From NCBI GenBank assembly GCA_965218095.1, contig OZ244587.1:3200001-3264000 (forward strand): a stretch of 64,000 nt of DNA, given 5' to 3'. Of the stretch, positions 46,666 through 57,359 are shown piece by piece (the stretch's first letter is position 1; every line of letters starts with the position of its first letter). Below the pieces are notes generated by a model that did no database searches, was not told where the DNA came from, and saw nothing but the letters and a program-made list of their open reading frames with translations. The DNA is from Candidatus Poribacteria bacterium (lineage in GTDB: Bacteria > Poribacteria > WGA-4E > PCPOR2b). A program made the position numbers and the translations under genes.

Positions 46666-48579
46666 TTAGCTTTTTTGCTCTTCTTCAGACTTCTCACGAG
46701 GCGGCAGAATCACCCGATCACCTTCGACCAGGCCGCCTTTGATGATGACGTCGGTTTCGTTCTGTTCCCCCGTTTCAACAGGGACTTTTTCCCCCTTCGG
46801 GGCGTCCTTGCCGTTTTCCGAGCCATCCCCCTTATCAAGGGTAACGAATTTCTCTTTTTTGATTTTAATCGTTGTAGAGACGCCATCAGCTTTCTGCTTA
46901 CCGTCCACAAGGAACGTGAAGGTGCGCTCGCCGTCACGCAAGCCGCGTTGCGAACTGTCAAGGCTAATCGTCAACTCGCCGCCATTGATGCCTGTTACCT
47001 TTCCGTTGAAACTCTTTCCACTCAGCGTCTTGAGTTCGATCTCCTGATTTTCTTTGAACCCATCCGTGTCATCACCGACTTTCGCCGTGGCGACCGCCGA
47101 TTTTTCCTCTTCGATAGCATCGATCGGTAGTATCAAGACATCTTTCTCCGTGTAGGTGATGACATCGACATCGGCGCTCATGCCCGGTCGCAGTTCAGGG
47201 GGTGAACCCACAACCTCAACTATCACCTCGAAGGTGATAATGTTATCGCGTTCCTCCCCGCTCGGAGAGATTTCGGCGACATGGCCCTCATATTCTTTGT
47301 CCTTATAGGCGTCAACTTTGATTTCAGCCTCCTGATCTAAATTCAGCCTTTCCATATCCACTTCGTTGATATAGGTCTTTACCACCATCTTTGAGAGGTC
47401 TGCAATCGTCATCAACGGAGGGCTCTGGGAGAACGCAGATCTACCAGAAGTCACAATTTCACCCTCTTCAATTTCAAGCAGGATGACAGTACCCGCCATC
47501 GGCGCCTTAATTGTTGTCCATCCCAAACGCTCTTCCTGGTTTTTCAAGTTGCTCTGGTTCCGCAGCAGATTCGCTTTCGCGCTTGCTTTCGATTGTTCCG
47601 TCACCAGTTTCTCATTTTCAAGGGTCCGTTGAATCTCCTGAAGGCGGGTTGTAGCAATCTGCAGTTGGAGTCGCTTCTCCTCCTCTTCAGCCTGTCTCAT
47701 CTCAATCAGTTTTTCTCGATTCAACCGCTGATACTCCATGGTTAATTCCCGGGTTGCGATTGCGCTTTTTCTGGCATTAATGGTTTTGTCCTGAGAATCT
47801 TCAGTTTTCTTTTGAGATTCGAGCCGTTTCTCCGCACTCTTGTATTGGGACTGCGAACTTGCATATCTCGATTCCGCCTCCTCCAGGGATTTCTTAGAAA
47901 CGAGTTTCTTCTCAAACAGTTCCTTGTTCCGTTCCCACTCAGATGTAGCGTTATCACGCGCCACTTTCGCCGATTCAAGTTCTGTTTCAAGCTCTGAGCG
48001 CCTTATTTGCGCACGGCTGAGTTCGATTTCCGCCTGTTCCAGCGCGATTCTATCCTCTGCTAGGTCATTCTTTGTCGTTTGAATCTGTGTCTCAGCTTGC
48101 GTAATCTGTGTTTGAGAACCCGCCAATGTTGTTTTCAAATTTGCTTTAGCGATTTCAACATTGTCCAATGCTTGCCGCAATTTGCTCTCAAGCTCCTCCG
48201 CTTTGAGGTCGATGTTGAGTTTCGCTTGCTCAAGCTGCGCTGTCGCAGCATCGACGTTGGCTGCGGCCTGCTTTTTGTCTTCTTGTATCTGCTCTGGGTC
48301 AATATCCAGTAGCACCTGACCAGCTTCAACATAATCCCCCTCATCGACATGAAGCTTGACAATTTCGCCTTCGACGTTCGACTTGACTTCAACGTCCACG
48401 AGCGGTTCGAGATTTCCTGTTGCGCTAATTCGCTTCTGGAAATCTCCGCGTTTGACAACTTCGACCTGTTTCTCAGCTTCGTCGTCTTTTTTGCTACGCC
48501 CTTTAATCCACCCCCATGATACGAAGGTTCCTCCCGCTAAGACGAGAATCACAACGATGCTAACGATGATTTTTTTCAT
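46666..48579 (-). CDS. MacA-like periplasmic adaptor (MFP) with extended coiled coil
   Basis: ATGNLEP..VEVKS.VEGEI, TTIKAPMAG, ELRPGMSA, GLVEGDRV. Confidence 0.9.
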   Translation of the reverse strand: MKKIIVSIVVILVLAGGTFVSWGWIKGRSKKDDEAEKQVEVVKRGDFQKRISATGNLEPLVDVEVKSNVEGEIVKLHVDEGDYVEAGQVLLDIDPEQIQEDKKQAAANVDAATAQLEQAKLNIDLKAEELESKLRQALDNVEIAKANLKTTLAGSQTQITQAETQIQTTKNDLAEDRIALEQAEIELSRAQIRRSELETELESAKVARDNATSEWERNKELFEKKLVSKKSLEEAESRYASSQSQYKSAEKRLESQKKTEDSQDKTINARKSAIATRELTMEYQRLNREKLIEMRQAEEEEKRLQLQIATTRLQEIQRTLENEKLVTEQSKASAKANLLRNQSNLKNQEERLGWTTIKAPMAGTVILLEIEEGEIVTSGRSAFSQSPPLMTIADLSKMVVKTYINEVDMERLNLDQEAEIKVDAYKDKEYEGHVAEISPSGEERDNIITFEVIVEVVGSPPELRPGMSADVDVITYTEKDVLILPIDAIEEEKSAVATAKVGDDTDGFKENQEIELKTLSGKSFNGKVTGINGGELTISLDSSQRGLRDGERTFTFLVDGKQKADGVSTTIKIKKEKFVTLDKGDGSENGKDAPKGEKVPVETGEQNETDVIIKGGLVEGDRVILPPREKSEEEQKS

Positions 48580-48602
48580 GGTTTGATAGCTCCTTTTCTA
48601 AT

Positions 48603-49901
48603 CTAATCCGATCTAAGTGCCTCTACAGGCGTTAGCTTCGCCGCTTTGTTTGCCGGGTACAACCCGAAGAAAACACCAACTGCCACAGAAACAGTCAGGG
48701 CAATAATCATGGTGGTAACGGAGATAACCGAGGGCCAATTGCTTCCTTCCCAAACGAATTTATTGATCAACCCCGCACTCGCCCTTCCCATAAAAACACC
48801 GAGGATTGCCCCAAGCACACCACCGCCGATACTCAACACGGAAGCCTCAACGAGGAACTGCATCAAAATATCACGCCGCTTTGCGCCAATCGCCTTCCGC
48901 AAACCGATCTCCTTTGTCCGTTCGGTGACCGAGACCAGCATAATATTCATGATGCCGACACCCGCTACAAAGAGCGTGATGCCGGCAATCCCTCCCATCA
49001 AGTATTTCATCGTCCGCCCAATCTTTTCCGCCGTTGCCAGTTCTTCCTGTGCCGTCCAGTATTGATATTCCTCGCCAGAATTTCGGTGTATTCTCCCTAA
49101 TATCCTTTTCGATTCTTCCTGGACAAGTTCAACCTTGTCCAGGCTTTCCGCTTCAACACGAATGCGCTCGACATCCTTCTTTCCCGTAAAACGCTGCTGC
49201 AATGTCGTGATTGGGATAATGAATCGGTCATCCCAGCCCTCGGTGTCCATCGCGTCGCCCTTCTCTTCCAATACGCCGATCACTGTTAAGCGCACGTCAT
49301 AGCGGGGCCCCCAACTCGTTGCTCGTGTTGCCTTCATTTCCCTGCCAATCGGATCTTCGCCCTTAAAAATATCTTCGTAAATTTTATGACCGATAACGGC
49401 GACAGTACTGGCGTTTTCGACTTCCTCATCATTGAAATGGCGCCCCATCACCGGATACCAGTTATGTGATCTTGCGTAACCCGTTGTTGATGCGATAATC
49501 GTCGACTCTTTGCTGACCCCCTGGTAATATACACTCCACTCCCTGTCATCTCTTTCAGCGATTGCATGGACAACCCCTCTGACTTTCTCAAGGATTTGGT
49601 ATGCATCTTCAGCCTCTAAGCGTTCTGCACGATTTCGTCGAAAACGCCGGAGCGTTCGTCCGGCCCTTCGGCTCAGCGTTCCCGAGACCTGATCCCACTC
49701 GTCAAAGGAAATCTCGATCATGTGCAGACCGCCGGTGCGCTCAATTTCGCCTAAAACCAGGGCGCGTGCGCCGTCACCGACTGAAACCATGCTCACCACG
49801 GCGCCAACCCCGATGACAATCCCCAAGATGGTCAATCCGGAGCGGAGTGGGCGCCGGCGTAAGCTAGCGAGTCCAAGCACAATACATTCTAAGAGATTCA
49901 T
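48603..49901 (-). CDS. MacB-like ABC permease
   Basis: RSGLTILGIVIGV, GIMNIMLVSVTERTKEIGLRKAIGA, FGLYPA..AA.L.PVEALR. Confidence 0.93.
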   Translation of the reverse strand: MNLLECIVLGLASLRRRPLRSGLTILGIVIGVGAVVSMVSVGDGARALVLGEIERTGGLHMIEISFDEWDQVSGTLSRRAGRTLRRFRRNRAERLEAEDAYQILEKVRGVVHAIAERDDREWSVYYQGVSKESTIIASTTGYARSHNWYPVMGRHFNDEEVENASTVAVIGHKIYEDIFKGEDPIGREMKATRATSWGPRYDVRLTVIGVLEEKGDAMDTEGWDDRFIIPITTLQQRFTGKKDVERIRVEAESLDKVELVQEESKRILGRIHRNSGEEYQYWTAQEELATAEKIGRTMKYLMGGIAGITLFVAGVGIMNIMLVSVTERTKEIGLRKAIGAKRRDILMQFLVEASVLSIGGGVLGAILGVFMGRASAGLINKFVWEGSNWPSVISVTTMIIALTVSVAVGVFFGLYPANKAAKLTPVEALRSD

Positions 49902-50014
49902 GCCATCTCCCCATCTTCGTATGTCAAACCTTGTTAAAGACCTCTTCTAAAACGCTATGAAACGTAATGCGTGAGACGTAATCCGCAGATCTAAAACATT
50001 TGCGCATTGCATAT

Positions 50015-51310
50015 TTACTCTGTCCGAAGCGCTTCAATGGGCGAAAGTCGTGCGGCTTTCACCGCCGGATAAAGTCCGAAGGAAATGCCAATGGCTGCTG
50101 AAACGGCGACCGAGATAACCATCCACTGGGTGGAGATGACGGTAGGCCATTCAGGGACAACCTTAACAATATTTACCGCAATATTTGCCATGCCGTGACC
50201 TGCACCAATACCTAAGCCGATGCCGAGGGTTCCACCGATACTACATATCGCAACCGCTTCAACCAAAAACTGGAGGAGAATATCCCGCCGCTTGGCACCA
50301 ATCGCTTTTCGCAGCCCAATCTCTCTCGTGCGCTCCGTAACGGATACCAACATCATGTTCATGATGCCAATCCCGCCCACAAGCAGCGAAAACCCCGCAA
50401 TGCTGCCGAGCGTGATTTTGATAACCAGGCTAATCTTATGAAATTGCTCCATGCTCTCATTCAAAACCCGGATGTGAAAGAAATCGTCTTGATTCCGGTG
50501 TCGTTTTCTCATGACGGTTTTGACCTCTTCTTGAGCTTTGTCAACCAAATCTATGCTCTTTGCCTTGATGGTCAGCATCCTTAGATGATCATTTCCCGTA
50601 AATCTTTCTTGCGCCGTTGTTAACGGTACGAACAGGATGTTATCGAGGTTCCAGCCAAAGCGGAGGCTTCTCCCACGCGCCTTCATCACGCCAACAATGG
50701 TAAACCGCACCATAATTTTTTCTCGCCTGCGCCGTCTGATTTCCCAGTCAGTGCTACGTGACACCTTGATCTCTTTGCCGATGGGATTTTCATCGCCAAA
50801 CAGTTCGGTCGCCAGTTCTGATCCAACGACACAGACTTTATGCCGCATATCGAATTCAGTTTCCGTAAAAAAACGTCCCTGCTGCACCTTCCAATTCATC
50901 CCAATCGGAAAGTGAGAATCGACGCCGTTATATCCTGTGCGTTTTTCGGCGCCGCCTGCGGCTTGAACAAGAATTCCCCTCCACCGCGGAATGCGCGGTA
51001 TCACCAGTTCTACGGAAGGACATTCCGCTTCAATCGCTACGACATCATCGTACTTGAGATACTCGTTGCTACGATTACGGACCCATTTACCGTTTTTTCT
51101 AATCCAGCTACCACGCCACATACTAAATTGGCTTACACCGCCGAGCTTATCTGCATCTTGGAGTACAATCGTCTTTGCTCCATCCCCCACGGCGATCATC
51201 GCAAGCACAGAAGCCACGCCGACGATAATCCCTAACATTGTCAAGAGCGAGCGCATCTTATTCGTGCGAATTGCTGCGAACCCGACTGAAAATCCTTCGC
51301 CAATTTTCAA
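50015..51310 (-). CDS. MacB-like ABC permease
   Basis: RSLLTMLGII, GIMNMMLVSVTERTREIGLRKAIGA; AAGGAGG RBS with TTG start. Confidence 0.93.
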   Translation of the reverse strand: MKIGEGFSVGFAAIRTNKMRSLLTMLGIIVGVASVLAMIAVGDGAKTIVLQDADKLGGVSQFSMWRGSWIRKNGKWVRNRSNEYLKYDDVVAIEAECPSVELVIPRIPRWRGILVQAAGGAEKRTGYNGVDSHFPIGMNWKVQQGRFFTETEFDMRHKVCVVGSELATELFGDENPIGKEIKVSRSTDWEIRRRRREKIMVRFTIVGVMKARGRSLRFGWNLDNILFVPLTTAQERFTGNDHLRMLTIKAKSIDLVDKAQEEVKTVMRKRHRNQDDFFHIRVLNESMEQFHKISLVIKITLGSIAGFSLLVGGIGIMNMMLVSVTERTREIGLRKAIGAKRRDILLQFLVEAVAICSIGGTLGIGLGIGAGHGMANIAVNIVKVVPEWPTVISTQWMVISVAVSAAIGISFGLYPAVKAARLSPIEALRTE

Positions 51311-51518
51311 TTGTCTTCCCTCCTTAATTATGGCTCACCCAATTTCCATCGCAGTGATTGGACGAAGCGTCATGGGATTGGTTTATTCATTTGACCAAAT
51401 GTGGCAGTGGTGGTAGAAATCTCCAACGGTAGAAATTTCCTTGACAATCCGACGCAACTGCTGATAATATTACCTGCCTAAATTTCAACTAAATCCAACA
51501 ACTGCGAGGTCACTCAGC

Positions 51519-51860
51519 ATGCCAATTATCTATCTCGAAGACATCCTCAAACAAGTTGACAGCAAGTATTTAGCTGTGAACATTGCCGCTCAACGGGCAC
51601 GTCAACTTAATGATGAGAGGAGTCTTCCAATGCTAATGAGTAATGCCGAAAAACCTGTATCGATTTCACTCGAAGCGCTGAACGAGGGCAAGATTAGCTA
51701 TAAGGAGTTAGATCAACCGGTTGATACCCCGGAAGATTCTCCATTTAGTTCCATCCACGGTGACGACGAGAAAGTAGAGGTGTTGGAAGAACTTCATCCC
51801 TCTCAAGAACGCGATGATAGCGATTCGGACGCCCCGGATGAACCGGAAGAGGGACTGTAA
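51519..51860 (+). CDS. rpoZ: RNA polymerase omega subunit with acidic C-terminal extension
   Basis: SKYLAVNIAAQRARQL, KPVSISLEAL..GKI; TTGACA promoter at 51441. Confidence 0.85.
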   Translation: MPIIYLEDILKQVDSKYLAVNIAAQRARQLNDERSLPMLMSNAEKPVSISLEALNEGKISYKELDQPVDTPEDSPFSSIHGDDEKVEVLEELHPSQERDDSDSDAPDEPEEGL

Positions 51861-51935
51861 ATCGGTTGTCGATGCAATTTATTAAAGATTGACGATGCGA
51901 TAACGACGAGTCGAAAAACTGTACATCACCCCAGC

Positions 51936-51963
51936 ATGGTGTACTATCACTAAATCGTTGAGA
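51936..51963. repeat. 28-bp dispersed repeat (inverted copy at 19922-19949)
   Basis: ATGGTGTACTATCACTAAAT(C/T)GTTGAGA, 27/28 identical. Confidence 0.75.
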
Positions 51964-52156
51964 GAATCCATTTGATTTCTCGAAAGAGCCTTACTGTGTA
52001 TTGCGTGATGAGTGAGAAGTGATGAATCATGGGGTAGTCACTCATCACTTGTTACGTCTTCATTTTCGTAAAGTTAAGCGAAATTTGTTGAGAGCGAAAA
52101 TAGTTGCATAAATAGCCTCCTGTTGTAGGCGATCACAGAAATAAACAAGGAATTAT

Positions 52157-53462
52157 ATGATGACGTCTGAACAATCCAAGAAGAATCAGAGGATCCAGGT
52201 CACAAAGGAGCTTTTCTGGGAGGCATCCAACGAGGGCTGTCGATTAAACGCCGCGATTATGGGTTATACCTCCGCTACGGGTGAGAGCCTTCTCGGCGTT
52301 ATCGGTGAACCTGTCTTTACCCAGGATGAAACAGGGACACAATCCAAACTTGAACGCTTGATTCGGTCGGATTTGGGGAGTAAACTCATCCACTCTTCAG
52401 ATAACGGCAGAACATGGAGGGAGGGTGAGTCCCTCGTTGCCACACGCGAGACTAGCGACGTGGTTACCGACGACTACCTTGATGTTGAGAATGATGTACA
52501 TATGTATTTCATTCTTCGCCGAGTGATGGACCTGGCCAAGCTCGCCGGCAGGCATGGCATGACGTACTCGCAGCAACTCTACCGTGATGTCCCGCGATGG
52601 CGGTCAGATCTGGGAGAAAGCGCAGGCGGTCGTCCAGAAAGGCGAGGAATATAGTGAATCGCACTACGCAAGAGGCATCTGGTACGGCAAGAACGGAGGT
52701 TATATCTACAATGACCCGATTAAACTCCGCAATGGAAGCATCCTGTTGCCGTTTCAAGTCTGGCCGTGGGATGAAAAGAACAACAAGCTGAGCACCTGTA
52801 AGTTCTCTACAGTCTTCATCGGGACGTGGGCGAAGGATTTGAGCCGGATCCAATGGGATTATGGGGACTATATCGAAGGATTGCCGGATTGCTACGGCAG
52901 CCTTTGCGAACCGACACTAGCTGAGTTGAAGAACGGAGATGTTTTGACAATCATGCGTGCCAGTCCAGCGGGCGCGTCCGCAAAGTTTTACTGTATTTCC
53001 AAGGATGGTGGCCGGACCTGGAGTGAGCCGAAGCGTTTCACCTATGACAATGGCGAACAGCTTCTCTCTCCACCTGCGATATCGCGACTGTACCGCTCAT
53101 CCCGGAATGGAAAACTCTACTGGATAGGCAATATCATGCCTTTTAGGGAAGACCTGTATGTAAACATGCCATACAATCTGCAACGGTTCGTATTACAAAT
53201 AGCGGAGGTGAACGAGGATAACTTTAGCATCAGGAAGGAGACCGTTACAACCATTGATGAGTCGAAGGCGGGTGAGATACCGCGTGAATATTCTAACTTC
53301 TACATCTATGAGGATAGACACAGCGGCAACATGATCCTCACGATGTGCGAAGCATGCGCCCTCCCATTGAAGGGTCCGATGGTTCCAGGATCGTATCAAG
53401 GGCCATATGCGACTAAGGAGAGCTTTACGGCCCATTCTTATAGGTATGAGATAAAAGTCTAA
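52157..53462 (+). pseudogene. BNR/Asp-box sialidase-like protein, frameshift near 52580
   Basis: SSDNGRTW in one frame; SRDGGQIW, EPTLAELKNG and SKDGGRTWS in another. Confidence 0.8.
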
Positions 53463-53469
53463 TTTGACA

Positions 53470-54525
53470 TCATGCTTCCTCGGCGCGGATTGCAATCTTG
53501 ATCGCCGTTTCATCACCGAGCCGGTATGTTCCATTGAGTGCGTTAAACCCTTCACGAACACGGGAAAGCGGCAGCACATGGCTCACCATATCGGCAAAAG
53601 GAAACTCGTTCTTCTCAAGGATTGGCAGTCCACGCACAAAATGCTCGTATCGGCTGCCCCAGATTGCTTCCACGCGGACGTTTTTACGCATCAGCAATTG
53701 ATTGACATTGAATTCAATCGAACCCATATCGACGAAGTGCCCAACCTCGACAAACGTCCCGCCAAACTTCATGTAGCCCAGGCCTTCGGGGGTAGCGGGC
53801 AGAAAACCCGCGCACTCAAAGACCACATCCGCACCCTCCTTTTTAGGGCTGTGTGATTTGACTAACTCGGTGCGCTCCTCAGCAGAGGTCACCTCCTCGA
53901 TGTTGATGGTGACGTCCGCTCCCATCCGTCTGGCGAGTTTTAAGCGATCCGCCGGTCCGCCCACCATAATTAGTTTCGCCGCCCCACTGATCTTCGCACA
54001 AACCAACGTCACCAACCCAATCGCCCCAGACCCCTGAACCACAACTGTATCGCCGATCTGCACGTTGGCGCGCATTACCGCATGCACCCCAATTGTGAAC
54101 GGTTCCGTCAACACAGCAATGTCCGGGGGGGTGTTCGTTTTGATGAAGCACGTGTTCGGATAGGAAAGATAGATGTAATCGGCAAATCCACCACGAAAGT
54201 AGGGCGGCCGATCTGGATTCCATTGAAAGCCGTAAGCGCCATAGTCTGTACCCGGCGCGAAGATGACGCGGTCCCCTTCGCGGATTGGGTTGCCCACATA
54301 GTCTGTCTCCACCCCTTTACCGATCGCGTCAATGACGCCGACGTTTTCATGACCGAGTAATACCTCCTCCTCAAACCCTTTTTGCCAGTTGTGGAGGTCT
54401 GTTCCGCAGATTCCTGCCAACTCCTGTCGTAGCAGTACTGTGTTCGGCTCCGGATCGGGTACAGGATATTCTCGAACATCAAAATCCTGTCCGTATGCAA
54501 TAACTGCTTTGCCTGTTCGGCCCAT
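53470..54525 (-). CDS. Zinc-binding (MDR) dehydrogenase
   Basis: GICGTDLH, LGHENVG, GDRV, QGSGAIG. Confidence 0.92.
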   Translation of the reverse strand: MGRTGKAVIAYGQDFDVREYPVPDPEPNTVLLRQELAGICGTDLHNWQKGFEEEVLLGHENVGVIDAIGKGVETDYVGNPIREGDRVIFAPGTDYGAYGFQWNPDRPPYFRGGFADYIYLSYPNTCFIKTNTPPDIAVLTEPFTIGVHAVMRANVQIGDTVVVQGSGAIGLVTLVCAKISGAAKLIMVGGPADRLKLARRMGADVTINIEEVTSAEERTELVKSHSPKKEGADVVFECAGFLPATPEGLGYMKFGGTFVEVGHFVDMGSIEFNVNQLLMRKNVRVEAIWGSRYEHFVRGLPILEKNEFPFADMVSHVLPLSRVREGFNALNGTYRLGDETAIKIAIRAEEA

Positions 54526-54651
54526 CGTTCTTTCTCCTTGTACGATTTCATGAAAAGGTTTATAATACCCATTGCCCAAACAATCACGATTATACAAGAA
54601 TTTACTTGGGAGAGCAACGGAAAAATGCTCTCACGATTGAGGAGGAACAAG

Positions 54652-55119
54652 ATGCAAACGATTGAAGTTGCTGAAAAAAGGTATGAGCTTGCCTCTCTTT
54701 GGGAGAGATGGTTTGGACAGTTTTTGGATGGGGTAATTTACTTCGTCATCATTGTTGTCTCATTGATATTGTTGATGTTCGCTGGGCTCGCAGAAATTGG
54801 CGTTGCGATCGCTATAATTTTGGCCCTTCTTTATTGCTTGTTTCAAGATGGGTTGAAAAATGGGCAAAGTTATGGCAAAAGAATTGTGAAAACAAAAGTG
54901 ATTGATTCGAGAAATGGCTCGCCTTGCACGTTTGGTCAGTCCTTTGTTCGCAATCTATTACTTTCGATATTAGGGCTCATCGACTGGCTCTTTATCTTCG
55001 GGGAAAAACGGCAACGGCTTGGCGACAAAGCGGCAACTACTCTCGTTGTCAAGGTTACGGAGAAATCAGCATCAGAATTGGCAGATTTATCGGACAACGG
55101 GGATGACCGCAGGCTTTAG
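54652..55119 (+). CDS. RDD family membrane protein
   Basis: ASLWERWFGQFLD, GQSYGKR, RQRLGDKAA.T.VV. Confidence 0.9.
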   Translation: MQTIEVAEKRYELASLWERWFGQFLDGVIYFVIIVVSLILLMFAGLAEIGVAIAIILALLYCLFQDGLKNGQSYGKRIVKTKVIDSRNGSPCTFGQSFVRNLLLSILGLIDWLFIFGEKRQRLGDKAATTLVVKVTEKSASELADLSDNGDDRRL

Positions 55120-55148
55120 GAATGGCTGCTAAATAACTTTCGCATCTC

Positions 55149-55188
55149 GTAGGGTGGGCACCGACCACCAGCGGAGTGCCCACCCTAC
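55149..55188. repeat. GTAG-type REP palindrome
   Basis: GTAGGGTGGGCAC...GTGCCCACCCTAC, perfect 13-bp IR. Confidence 0.8.
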
Positions 55189-55206
55189 TTAGGAGAACTT
55201 GACACA

Positions 55207-56151
55207 ATGTACAGTGCTGAGAAGATCTTTGAACAGAACCCGAACTTCCCATCTTGCCACGGCTCGACGATCGCCGAATTGCCCAACGGCGATTTGTTGG
55301 CTGCATGGTACGGCGGCTCACGAGAAGGAGCGAAAGATGTCGCCATCTTCACGTCACGACGCTTTTACGGTAGTGAAGGGTGGATCGAGCCTGAGATTAT
55401 CGTCAACACGCTAGGCTGCTCGGAAGGCAATCCCGTCCTGTTTGTCGATGCGAATGATCAGATCTGGCTGTTCCACGTCACTATGTACGGCGACAGTTGG
55501 ACACAGTGCAAGGTGCGTTATCGGAAGTCAAATACGCTGGGATACAGTTGGGATGAGCCTGGCATTCTGCGTGAGGAATTGGGGTGGATGACGCGCAACA
55601 AACCGGTCTATCTCTCAAACGGTGAACTCTTGCTGCCCGTATATGATGAGCGCAACTGGCATTCGATGGTGATGAGCTCCCACGACGACGCCGAGACGTG
55701 GGAGACGTTCGGGGATTTGTCCAGCCCAAAGGGAGTCATCCAGCCAACGGTCGTCCAGCGATCTGACGGGAGTCTGTTGATGCTCATGCGAAGCCGGGAC
55801 GGGGAGATCTGGCGCTCTACATCCGAGGATTTCGGGAGGACGTGGACAGCGGCGAGCCCAACAGATCTGCCGAACCCCAATAGTGCGGTTGATATGGCCC
55901 GCATGCACAGCGGCAACATCGCGCTGGTTTACAACGACACGCCTCGTGGACGCACGCCGCTCACCGTCGCGTTATCGACGGACGAGGGGGAGACATGGGC
56001 GTACAAGCAGCATCTCGAAATTGAAGCGGGGGAGTATTCCTATCCCGCCATCATCCAGGCGCACGATGGCGGCAGCCATATCACCTATACCTACCGACGT
56101 ACCAGCATCATGCACGTCGAAATCAATGAGGCATGGATTCGGGAAGGGTGA
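55207..56151 (+). CDS. BNR_2 sialidase-like protein
   Basis: CHGSTI, AWYGGSREG..DV, NPVLF, IQPT, SEDFGRTW, PNPNS, RTPL, EYSYP. Confidence 0.9.
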   Translation: MYSAEKIFEQNPNFPSCHGSTIAELPNGDLLAAWYGGSREGAKDVAIFTSRRFYGSEGWIEPEIIVNTLGCSEGNPVLFVDANDQIWLFHVTMYGDSWTQCKVRYRKSNTLGYSWDEPGILREELGWMTRNKPVYLSNGELLLPVYDERNWHSMVMSSHDDAETWETFGDLSSPKGVIQPTVVQRSDGSLLMLMRSRDGEIWRSTSEDFGRTWTAASPTDLPNPNSAVDMARMHSGNIALVYNDTPRGRTPLTVALSTDEGETWAYKQHLEIEAGEYSYPAIIQAHDGGSHITYTYRRTSIMHVEINEAWIREG

Positions 56152-56409
56152 ATAGAAGGACAGAAAAAATGAAAGGAGTGGAGAAAGTAGAAGGTAGCCC
56201 AATCTCTGATCGGGACGAGCACTGCCAGCTTGCTTGGGAAGGAGGGAAGAAAATGTAAAGGTCCATAGGGCTGGATAAGAATGCCCTCTATCGTCAACTT
56301 CACTCTTGGAGTGTCTACCAATTGAAGCGGATATAGTAAATCACAAACACCTCATTTTCACATCAGGATTGGTCGAATAGATTGGCGGGTTATTCACATG
56401 TTTCGCGCC

Positions 56410-57359
56410 TCACGAATCATTCAGCGAAATAACACCCTTCCGCCCTTCCAACACCGCTTCATACAGCTACATCGTCTTCAAGCAATCATAGATGCTCGCA
56501 ATCGGCTCACGATTTTCACGGATAGCGTTGGCAAATTCAGTTAGACTGTGACCATCACCCGTCAACTCACCGTTGCGTTGATCGCTGAAGTTATCTGTAA
56601 AAACATTCTGGGATTCGGCGTAGTGCGCGATCTCCCATAGCCCATCAAGGATGATGTGTTCCCCCTGCCCCGTGATCTCAATGCGATCATAGTTGCGTCC
56701 CCAGAGGCGTTGACTATTGAGTTGTAGATTTCCAACTGCACCATTCTCAAATTCCACTGCCACGGCAAAAGCGCCTTGACCACCGACCTCGTTCTGGAAT
56801 ACAGCAATCTCTTTCGCCGGCCCGGCGATGTACTGTGCGAGATCGAAATGGTGAATGGCAAAATCCAGGAGGTACCATTGTACTGACCGGTATGTGCCGC
56901 TACAGAAAGAGCAGGAGAGTTGAGTCAGTTGACCGAAGGACTCCTGCACCATGATTTCCTTTGCATGGCTGACCCCCAAGCTAAACCGTCGCTGAAAGTT
57001 GATCATTAGCGTTTTGCTTGCACGATCAGTGGTTTCCGCAAGTTCAACAGCATCCTTCAGAGACGGAGCAGGTGGCTTGGGAACAAAGACGTGATAGCCC
57101 GCTTCGAGGGCTTCACGGACTAAGGGCTGCCGAGGGTCTGGTGCCATGCAGATGATGAGTGCTTCCAGATCTTCCTTCTCCCACATCTCGTGTTGATCTG
57201 TGTACCAACGCTCTGTGCCAAACTTCCCAGCGGCATCTTTCGCCTTTGCTTCATCAATGTCGCAAACCGCCTGTAGCGCAACCGGGGCTAGATGTAACGC
57301 CGGATAGATAGTGTGTCTGGCCCGCCAGCACCGATAAATCCAATACGAAGTGGTCCCAT
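56410..57359 (-). pseudogene. Gfo/Idh/MocA oxidoreductase; 5' frameshift and in-frame TAG
   Basis: MGPLRIGFIGAGG is out of frame with HVFVPKP, NFQRRF, IHHFD; TAG at 56467-56469 is followed by LYEAVLEGRKG. Confidence 0.85.
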
